From: Candidatus Uhrbacteria bacterium
Lineage (GTDB): Bacteria > Patescibacteriota > Patescibacteriia > UBA9934 > GWF2-40-263
Assembly (NCBI GenBank): GCA_016188495.1
Contig: JACPHU010000006.1
Span: 1,857-65,856 of the forward strand
Direction of reading: 5' to 3'
DNA: 64,000 bases
Shown: positions 30,762 through 37,770 of the stretch, piece after piece
How the letters are laid out: every line of letters starts with the position of its first letter
How positions within the stretch are numbered: the stretch's first letter is position 1
Made by a program: the position numbers and the translations under genes
The notes under the pieces: generated by a model
The model's input: the letters and a program-made list of their open reading frames with translations, nothing else
What the model was told of the DNA's origin: nothing
Database searches by the model: none

Positions 30762-31883
30762 ATGTTTGCAACGAAACTTCAGCGTTTGGGATACCGTCAT
30801 CTTTGTAAACCGTTCTTTTTTCATCGGGATCCTGAATGGACTCACGATACGGTTTGTACAGTGGGAGAATATCTTGGTCGTTATAAAACCACTCGTGCAT
30901 TTGCTCGTAAGATGTGCGCCTACGAACATTCTTGTTTACAGCAAACTCTTTTGGGAATTTTTTTCCCTAACCCGATAGGTCTCACAGAAGGATTTGATAA
31001 AAATGCACGTCTCACTCGTATTCTTCCAGATGTTGGTTTTGGCTATGAAATGATTGGGTCTGTAACAGCAGAACCTTGTGAGGGAAATGCAAAACCTCGC
31101 TTATGGCGTTTGCCCAAGTCTCGGGCGCTTGTCGTCTATTATGGTTTAAAGAACGATGGAGCCGACGAGATCCATCATCGTTTAGAAAAAGAGCGGTTTC
31201 ATATTCCTGTGGGGGTGAGTATTGCCAAAACAAACGGTCCTCAGACGGTTGAGATGTCCGCTGGTATTCAAGATTATAAAAAGGGATTTACGACCATGTT
31301 GGATATCGGTCATTTTTTTGTGATCAATATTAGCTGTCCAAATGCCTTTGGTGGAGAACCTTTCAGTGATCCTGTGCGCCTGGACGCACTTCTTACTGAG
31401 CTGGATACGGTAGAGACAAAGAAACCTCTTTTGTTAAAGATCGCCGCTGATCTTTCTTTTGAAGAGCTTGATAGGTTAATTGCTGTCATGGATAATCATC
31501 GGGTACATGGAATGATTTTGGCTAATTTGACAAAAAAATACGACCGTCCTGAAATTGTGCAAACAGAATTACAATCTTTTATGAAAGGAGGTATCAGTGG
31601 TCGTCCTACATCTGAGCTTTCCAATAGCCTCATTGCTCATGCTTATTTGGAGGTAGGCGATCGTTATCTGATTATTGGAGCAGGAGGAATTTTTACCGCA
31701 GAAGATGCTTACGAGAAGATCTGCCAGGGTGCCTCGTTGGTGCAGTTAGCTACAGGAATGATTTTTGAAGGTCCTCAATTGATTGGGGAGTTAAACAAAG
31801 GGTTGGCAGAGCTGATGCAACGCGATGGATTTAAACATATTCAAGAGGCTGTTGGGAGCGCTCATAAAAAACAGTATGCCTAA
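30762..31883 (+). CDS. pyrD: dihydroorotate dehydrogenase (quinone), class 2
   Basis: The substrate-binding motif is NPIGLTEGFDKNARL, followed by the FGYEMIGSVTAEPCEGNAKPRLWRL block. The N-terminal extension is typical of class-2 enzymes. Confidence 0.85.
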   Translation: MFATKLQRLGYRHLCKPFFFHRDPEWTHDTVCTVGEYLGRYKTTRAFARKMCAYEHSCLQQTLLGIFFPNPIGLTEGFDKNARLTRILPDVGFGYEMIGSVTAEPCEGNAKPRLWRLPKSRALVVYYGLKNDGADEIHHRLEKERFHIPVGVSIAKTNGPQTVEMSAGIQDYKKGFTTMLDIGHFFVINISCPNAFGGEPFSDPVRLDALLTELDTVETKKPLLLKIAADLSFEELDRLIAVMDNHRVHGMILANLTKKYDRPEIVQTELQSFMKGGISGRPTSELSNSLIAHAYLEVGDRYLIIGAGGIFTAEDAYEKICQGASLVQLATGMIFEGPQLIGELNKGLAELMQRDGFKHIQEAVGSAHKKQYA

Positions 31884-32532
31884 ACAGAAGAAAAAACAGT
31901 TCGATCTCATCACTATTTTCCCAGGCGTTGTGGAACCTTATGTCCATGCCTCCATTCTTGGGCGAGCTCAAAAAACAGGGTTGATTGAGGTACACGCTCA
32001 TGATTTGCGAGACTGGACGACAGATAAACATCATACCGTTGACGACACTCCTTACGGAGGTGGGGCCGGAATGGTGATGAAAGTCGAGCCTTTTGAAAAA
32101 GCTCTCAAAAAGATTAAACGCCGATTAAAAAAAACGCGAGTCATTATCACATCTGCTTCAGGAAAGACATTTACCCAAGCAGATGCACAACGGCTTTCTC
32201 AATACGATCAAGTTATTTTTCTGTGCGGACGTTATGAGGGGATTGATCATCGGGTAGAGGAACATCTTGCAGACGAATCTTTTTCTATTGGAAATTATGT
32301 TCTTACCGGAGGAGAGCTTCCAGCCTTGGTAATGACCGATGCGATTGCGCGTCTTATTCCGGGGGTCATAGAAGCTCAGTCATTGGAAACAGAATCCCAT
32401 AGTGAAGAAGGATATCTGGAATATCCTCAGTATACGAAACCTGAGGAGTACAAAGGATGGAAGGTTCCGGAGGTATTGCTTTCAGGTAATCATAAAAAAA
32501 TAGAAGAATGGCGAAAGCAGCAGGGCAAATAA
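31876..32532 (+). CDS. trmD: tRNA (guanine37-N1)-methyltransferase
   Basis: TrmD blocks are present (FDLITIFPG, DDTPYGGGAGMVMKVEPF, GRYEGIDHRV, NYVLTGGELPALVMTDAIARLIPGV). It overlaps the pyrD stop by 8 nt. Confidence 0.9.
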   Translation: MPKQKKKQFDLITIFPGVVEPYVHASILGRAQKTGLIEVHAHDLRDWTTDKHHTVDDTPYGGGAGMVMKVEPFEKALKKIKRRLKKTRVIITSASGKTFTQADAQRLSQYDQVIFLCGRYEGIDHRVEEHLADESFSIGNYVLTGGELPALVMTDAIARLIPGVIEAQSLETESHSEEGYLEYPQYTKPEEYKGWKVPEVLLSGNHKKIEEWRKQQGK

Positions 32533-32581
32533 AAAAACGTTGTCACATGTGACAACGTTTTCGTTTTCGTCGGATACGAAA

Positions 32582-33112
32582 TTATCGAATGGGAATTCCG
32601 AAACTGATCGTTGGCTGCAGAACCACCCCTGCTTCAGGATGGCCAAAGATTCCAGAAGCTTGGATAGTTCCGCTCAATGTCATCCCATTGAAAAAAGCGA
32701 ACGTGGTACCTGGACCCACGGACCAGGAGACTGTCGTTGTTCCGTCGGACGCAGTGTCTTGACTGATGGACGGTACCAGATCAATCGCAAAAGGCCCCTT
32801 GGGCAGAAGCAATTCGAGCGTTCCTGTTGCGACAAAACCCCAGTTGCCAGCTCCGGGCGCTACTTCAAAGGTCACGCTCGGAATAAATGCCATATTCTCC
32901 CTGAGAGAAATATAGGCACTGGGTCCGGCATACACGTACTGTCCGATCCAGGAACCCTGTGCGATGAGACCTGTGAATCCTCCGTTCATCGAGAAGGTAA
33001 TCTGTGAATCCGTATCACTGGTCTCATGGGCAGAGACTGGGGTTGAAATCGTACTCAGACCGATCATCACAGCGAGCAAAAGAAATTTCATTCGCGTCGT
33101 CACTTCCATCAT
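32582..33112 (-). CDS. secreted hypothetical protein (signal peptide, Gly/Thr/Ser-rich beta-strand-like body)
   Basis: An AAGGAG RBS precedes MMEVTTRMKFLLLAVMIGLSTISTPVSA, which is an n-h-c signal peptide with an AxA site. The ORF track starts 22 codons earlier. Confidence 0.6.
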   Translation of the reverse strand: MMEVTTRMKFLLLAVMIGLSTISTPVSAHETSDTDSQITFSMNGGFTGLIAQGSWIGQYVYAGPSAYISLRENMAFIPSVTFEVAPGAGNWGFVATGTLELLLPKGPFAIDLVPSISQDTASDGTTTVSWSVGPGTTFAFFNGMTLSGTIQASGIFGHPEAGVVLQPTISFGIPIR

Positions 33113-33170
33113 TTCTTCATCACTCCTTTGTTGTTCATCTCCCTCTCCTTTATGATCAGGAGGTTCAGAT

Positions 33171-34214
33171 TTAAGCAACTTGATCTTTGTTCGTCAATAC
33201 AATCAACTGTCCGCAGGCGGCTGCGATGTCGTCTCCCATTGTGCGACGAGTCGTTACAATACATCCAGAACTGTGAAGAATACTCATGAAATATTCAATG
33301 GCAGATGGGGTGCTGCATTCAAATTCCATGCCTGTAAGGTTATAAGGAATAAGATTTATGCGGATGCGGCCGATTCTTCGCACAAATGTGGCGAGAGCTT
33401 TTGCATGCTCAGGGGTATCATTTACTCCTTTGAGCATAACGTATTCAAACGTAAGATGGTGTCTGCGATTTCCAAACACGGACAGATAATTTTTTGCCCA
33501 CACTTCCAGTTTTGGAAGAAACTCATCGTAAGAGGTTGGGACAATTTTTTTACGCGTTTCTGCTATGGCACTATGAAGTGAGACGGCAAGGCGTACATGT
33601 GGCCATTCTTTATCTGTGAGAATTTGTTCCAGTCGTGGAAGAACCCCTACGGTTGAAACCGTAATGCGGGTGCGGCCAATATCGGTGTAGGTTAGGATGG
33701 TATTAAGCGTCTTTTTTACTTCTTCGTAGTTAGCCAAAGGTTCACCCATCCCCATGAAAACGATATTGGAAATACGGCTTCCTAACGTTGGATTGTGTTG
33801 TAAATACTGTTGCCAAAATCGGTACTGATCGATGATTTCATCTGCTAAGAGGCTTCGGGTGAGTCCCATTTTTCCTGTAGCACAAAATCCACAGCGCATG
33901 GCGCATCCTACTTGAGAGGAAACACAGATTGTCCATGCATCACGGTTATTTTTCATGAGAACCGTTTCAATCTGTTTCCCGCCCTCAACATTCAAAAGAG
34001 CTTTGTGTGTATCGCCATTTTTACTCGTTTGAACCGTTTGAGGCACAACGGACATCCAAGGAATTTGGGTGAGACCCTCACGCATTATTTTTGAGAGGGA
34101 GGTTACTTCGCTCCAAGATTCGGCAGACGAAAAAAGACCTTGTTCGATTTGTTTCCATCGAAAGGCTGGTTCATGTGGAAAAAGCGCTTCAAATTGTTCT
34201 CGTCGAGATGTCAT
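33171..34214 (-). CDS. rlmN: 23S rRNA (adenine2503-C2)-methyltransferase, radical SAM
   Basis: The Cys cluster is CVSSQVGCAMRCGFCATG. The downstream motif is GMGEPLANY. Confidence 0.9.
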   Translation of the reverse strand: MTSRREQFEALFPHEPAFRWKQIEQGLFSSAESWSEVTSLSKIMREGLTQIPWMSVVPQTVQTSKNGDTHKALLNVEGGKQIETVLMKNNRDAWTICVSSQVGCAMRCGFCATGKMGLTRSLLADEIIDQYRFWQQYLQHNPTLGSRISNIVFMGMGEPLANYEEVKKTLNTILTYTDIGRTRITVSTVGVLPRLEQILTDKEWPHVRLAVSLHSAIAETRKKIVPTSYDEFLPKLEVWAKNYLSVFGNRRHHLTFEYVMLKGVNDTPEHAKALATFVRRIGRIRINLIPYNLTGMEFECSTPSAIEYFMSILHSSGCIVTTRRTMGDDIAAACGQLIVLTNKDQVA

Positions 34215-34229
34215 AATATTCGTATTCTA

Positions 34230-34262
34230 TCAAAAATGAGCCAATTGGCTCATTTTATTTTT
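34230..34262 (-). terminator. intrinsic terminator after rpsP (minus strand)
   Basis: The hairpin atgagcc/ggctcat has a T-run on the minus strand. Confidence 0.6.
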
Positions 34263-34658
34263 TTACTCGGTTTTTTCTTCAGGAGTGGCTTTTGTTGCTT
34301 CTTCCGCTGCTTTGGCTTTGGCAGCGGCTTCTTCGGCTTTTGCCGTTGCTTCCTTTGCTTTTGTTTCTAGTTTACCTTGGCGTTTCTTTGAAAGATGAGT
34401 CGCACCGCGCTTTTTGCCTTCAACGATTTTTTCGTCGATAAGAAGGTTCCAGACGGTATTTGTGACTTCAGCCCCTTGTTCAATCCAATGTTTCAAGCGA
34501 TCTTTTTTGATAACAAGTTCGCGTGGATTTTGTCGTGGATTGTAATGCCCTAAGATTTCAGTGGTTTTAGCCCAAGGATCGCGGTGTTTTGGCATCACCA
34601 CAATACGATAGACCGGGGCGCGTTTTGTTCCGATACGGGAAAGTCGAATAGATTGCAT
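34263..34658 (-). CDS. rpsP: 30S ribosomal protein S16 with a Lys/Ala/Glu-rich C-terminal extension
   Basis: The N-terminus is MQSIRLSRIGTKRAPVYRIVV. The tail is KAEEAAAKAKAAEE. Confidence 0.95.
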   Translation of the reverse strand: MQSIRLSRIGTKRAPVYRIVVMPKHRDPWAKTTEILGHYNPRQNPRELVIKKDRLKHWIEQGAEVTNTVWNLLIDEKIVEGKKRGATHLSKKRQGKLETKAKEATAKAEEAAAKAKAAEEATKATPEEKTE

Positions 34659-34840
34659 AATTTGATGAGTTTTGAAGGGATCTATTGTCTAAACATGAGC
34701 GTGTTTGACGGATGAACCGAAGAATAGAGGAATAAAGGGTATTGGTCAAGGTTTAGTCCTTATAATCTTCTATAGCTTGCCTCGTATCTATTACTGCCTG
34801 AGTCTGCTTGCCGTGAGCCTGTCGAACGGTCGAAGGCCGT

Positions 34841-34895
34841 ATATACACCCTTCGACTCCGGTTCGTCGCAACGTTCCTCCGCTCAGGGAATATAC
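34841..34895. repeat. family-C ~48-nt repeat unit, copy 1 (forward orientation)
   Basis: It reads tatacacccttcgactccggttcgtcgcaacgttcctccgctcagggaatata. The same unit is at 48757-48804 and inverted at 48704-48745 and 49931-49976. It is bounded by tataca on both sides. Confidence 0.7.
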
Positions 34896-35024
34896 AGTTG
34901 ATACCTCGTCAGCTCGCGTGTAAGTTTATTATTTTTTTGTCAAAATATATTATTAAAATTATCTTTTGTTCTATATTTTTACAATAAATTAAACTTAATT
35001 TAGCTAATTAGTTGTTTGTTACTC

Positions 35025-35053
35025 TTGACAAAGTTGTCAAAATCTGGTAAACT
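35025..35053 (+). promoter_or_regulatory. near-consensus sigma70 promoter facing a 1.45-kb ORF-poor region
   Basis: TTGACA, an exact 17-nt spacer, then TAAACT, embedded in an AT-rich tract. Confidence 0.55.
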
Positions 35054-35069
35054 CGTTTTTGTAAATGAT

Positions 35070-36530
35070 CAATTAAGGCATGCCCTTTATAGTCATGTCA
35101 TCTCAGAAATCCGGAGGAATACTCTGTCCGTCGTGGTAGTCCCTGAGGGGAGCCTACCAAGGAGGAGAGAGACAACCTTTCCATCGAACTTCGCAAGGGG
35201 GACGAAGGGAGGGGAGATCAAGTGGTGTAACTGGGCCTTGGCTCACTTACTCCACACACCCGATCTCCACGATCTACATTCGGGCTTGCCCAAATCACTG
35301 GATCACACTTCTCCGGATTTCTGGGATGAATAGAGAAACCAAAAAAGAAGGAACATAAAATGAGAGTTGCTGCCGGTTTTGCTTTTATTGTGTGTATGGG
35401 CGTCATTTTTGTTGTCCTTACTTCACAAATTCGCCACGCCCAGGAGAGGGCGGCGGAATGGATATGTGATATGAAAACCTCCGACCTTTCCACTGTCGAT
35501 GTGCAGGTGAAAGGGAGGAGGTGGCAGGTTACCGCCATGAGAAGTGAAAACGGGGAATGTGTCCTTGAGGCGCGTCCCTAAAAAAAGACGAAGGAGGCAA
35601 GAACATGAAGCCTTTTTACTAAGGCTCGGTCTACTCTACGCCTTCCCTGTCGGCTTGACAGGGCGGTCTGGTCACCCAGATTGACGTATAGTTTTCCAAA
35701 CCCGAGGTGGCGCGGGGGACATGGAGGGTTCATGTATCCATAATAGGAAGTCTCTGGGGGACGTAAGTCCAAGTCATCGACCAGAGATGGATTCATACAT
35801 TGATGACCCGGCGTATCATGCGTGGGTTCCAAAGCGGAGCGTGGGGAAAGCGGACTATAGGGACTGACAGAGGTTCTACCCTATGGAAAGCAAGTACGTA
35901 GCAATTCCCGTTTCAAGGAACTCTCTCGAGCAGCACACGAAAGTCTTGTTTGCTCGAGACGTCGGCGGGTGTGAAAAACACGCCTGAAGGGTCGCGCCAA
36001 AGCATGGGAGCTCTAACAGGGACCTGAGAGCTCAGAGGCCTGGCAAGCCATCAGTATCCCAACAGGCTTTCTCTTATTTGAGCCTGCTCCGCTTTGATGG
36101 GTGGAGAAATCGAATCAGAAAAAACAGGTCTTAAGAGTTGGACCTCCTACCTTGGGTAGGTTAATCCGAATTCTACTACGGGTCGTGGGGTGGAAAAGCC
36201 ACCATGGGAACGACCATTTTAACCCACGTTTAAGAAAACGGGGCGGGTAGATATCAGACGTACTGATATCCTCTGTCCATTGAGATAAAATGGACAGCTT
36301 ATCACAAAAAGATGAGCAACAGGTCAGATGACTCCTGAATGGAAAAGTCATCATCATGAATACGGAGATTCATGAAAGACTATAAATCGTGGTTTGGGTA
36401 ACTCCAGGCCATACTCGCACGAGGCCCCTGGCCCGACCTTCAACGAAGGCATCCGGGGGCCCGTTGTACTTACCCCGGTTCGCCAATACGTTGTCGGCCC
36501 GGGGTCCTCAATTGAACGCTTAACTCAGAC
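35070..36530 (+). other. ORF-poor, hairpin-dense region (candidate large structured RNA, long leader or decayed genes)
   Basis: No ORF exceeds 105 codons on either strand. Its GC is higher than its AT-rich surroundings. It has many local stems, such as ccgggggcccg...cggcccgggg near 36455-36515. A strong SD aaggagg is followed by the 5-codon mini-ORF ATG AAG CCT TTT TAC TAA at 35616. Confidence 0.3.
35360..35581 (+). CDS. possible small membrane-anchored protein (73 aa)
   Basis: GAAGGA lies 9 nt upstream of the ATG. An N-terminal hydrophobic helix VAAGFAFIVCMGVIFVVL is present. Confidence 0.3.
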   Translation: MRVAAGFAFIVCMGVIFVVLTSQIRHAQERAAEWICDMKTSDLSTVDVQVKGRRWQVTAMRSENGECVLEARP

Positions 36531-36566
36531 TTGAGAATTCGATTGAGGAAAACAACAGGAGGTCTT

Positions 36567-36833
36567 ATGTCTTATCCGACGGACTGGGGATTCATTGACG
36601 AGCTCGTCGATGAAAGGGACCTTTTGCGTCCCGAAGATTATGGATTGGATGAAGACGAGGATTCCACTGATGTTCAGTGGGGTCTCGGAGATTTCTCTGA
36701 TGTTGAATGGGATCGACATCAGGAAGAGACTCAGACGCGCCTGAAACAAAGGCGCGAATGGGAGGCGGGTTTGAAAAAACTCGCTCGAGACGAAGCCCGT
36801 GCTGAGGCTCGTCAGGCACGGGAAAATCGCTGA
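36567..36833 (+). CDS. hypothetical small acidic protein (88 aa)
   Basis: AGGAGG lies 6 nt before ATG 36567. It has a D/E-rich N-terminus, a K/R/E-rich C-terminus and a hairpin terminator at 36853-36878. Confidence 0.5.
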   Translation: MSYPTDWGFIDELVDERDLLRPEDYGLDEDEDSTDVQWGLGDFSDVEWDRHQEETQTRLKQRREWEAGLKKLARDEARAEARQARENR

Positions 36834-36881
36834 CCACCACGACCTCAAACGCGAGACGAGACTAAGGATCTCGTCTTCAAA

Positions 36882-36920
36882 CAAAAACACACCTGGATTC
36901 AGGTGTGTTTTTGTTTTTTT
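36882..36920. repeat. palindromic hairpin bracketing the HicAB module (copy 1)
   Basis: It reads aaaaacacacctg gatt caggtgtgttttt. It is nearly identical to 37416-37448. Confidence 0.7.
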
Positions 36921-37146
36921 AGAGTAGTTTTTTAAATTCTTCAGAAGTGATTCCGGCATCACGGATAAATCGGTACATCAATCCAACACCAATTTCTTTA
37001 TGTAATGGAATAGTGATTGGTCTACGGTTTGGATCGTCTTTGTGTTTAAGTCGTACATGACTTCCTTTTTGTCTTACGACTGTATAACCAATTTTTGTAA
37101 ATGCACGCACAACCTGTTTCCCTGAAATTCCTGCTAGATCAGTCAT
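36919..37146 (-). CDS. hicA: type II toxin-antitoxin system HicA-family toxin (YcfA-like)
   Basis: The HicA consensus GKQVVRAFTKIGYTVVRQKGSHVRLKH...IPLHKEIGVGLMYRFIRDAGITSEEF is present. Confidence 0.85.
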   Translation of the reverse strand: MTDLAGISGKQVVRAFTKIGYTVVRQKGSHVRLKHKDDPNRRPITIPLHKEIGVGLMYRFIRDAGITSEEFKKLL

Positions 37147-37148
37147 AT

Positions 37149-37379
37149 CTATGCGCGGATAAAATGGAGACTAATGTTGTGTTTGGATTTTTGGTGTGCG
37201 CGTTTTGGGGTATCTTCTAAACAAAGTTGAATGGCTTCTTGAATATTTTCAAGGGCTTTATCCATCGTTTTTCCTTGGCTGTAACATCCTTCAAAAACAG
37301 GACATTCCACCCAATATCCAACAGAATCATCCTTATGAACTATAACAGGATAGTCGTTTACAATATGTTTGCTTAGCAT
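37149..37379 (-). CDS. hicB: HicB-family antitoxin (UPF0150)
   Basis: NDYPVIVHKDDSVGYWVECPVFEGCYSQGKTMDKALENIQEAIQLCLED matches the HicB N-domain. It is separated from hicA by 2 nt. The ATG at 37379 is preferred over the GTG at 37397. Confidence 0.8.
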   Translation of the reverse strand: MLSKHIVNDYPVIVHKDDSVGYWVECPVFEGCYSQGKTMDKALENIQEAIQLCLEDTPKRAHQKSKHNISLHFIRA

Positions 37380-37415
37380 ATGCCTTAAAGATAACACACA
37401 ACGTTTATCAAAAAC

Positions 37416-37448
37416 AAAAACACACCTGAATTCAGGTGTGTTTTTTTT
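37416..37448. repeat. palindromic hairpin bracketing the HicAB module (copy 2)
   Basis: It reads aaaaacacacctg aatt caggtgtgtttttttt and contains GAATTC. Confidence 0.7.
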
Positions 37449-37734
37449 AAAATTCCAGTGGAATGTTTGCGTGTCTGGCGAGTTGTTTTACAAACCCTTC
37501 GAGTCTATCGTACTTGGCTCGCAAGGCAACCAATTCTGTATCCAGTTTTTGATGCAATACAACAAAACCATCTACATGTGTCATGATTTCCGTTTTTGTT
37601 TCTAAAAGAGTTTGTTGAAATTCATCTCTGGTGACCATTCTCTCTTTGAGAAACTCAACAATGTTTAAGATGTCATTCATGGTTTGTTCTTGGTTCATAC
37701 ATTCAAAGCTTAGCATGTTTCCAGTTATATTCAA
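37447..37734 (-). CDS. hypothetical coiled-coil protein (95 aa)
   Basis: It is an intact ORF between smc and the hicAB flank, with an alpha-helical charged sequence. Confidence 0.45.
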   Translation of the reverse strand: MNITGNMLSFECMNQEQTMNDILNIVEFLKERMVTRDEFQQTLLETKTEIMTHVDGFVVLHQKLDTELVALRAKYDRLEGFVKQLARHANIPLEF

Positions 37735-37770
37735 AAACCAATTTTTCTACTACTTTATGACTCTATTTTT

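Noticed and set aside
35070-36530. Identification of the ORF-poor region as RNase P RNA, tmRNA, SRP RNA or a group II intron
   Set aside because: A short stretch, GGAAAGCGGACTATAGGGAC near 35856, loosely resembles the RNase P P4/CR-I region. The other universally conserved RNase P blocks (GGTAAGAGCGCACC, ACAGAA-CCGGCTTA) are absent. There is no tRNA-like CCA end or tag ORF for tmRNA. There is no domain V or reverse transcriptase for a group II intron.
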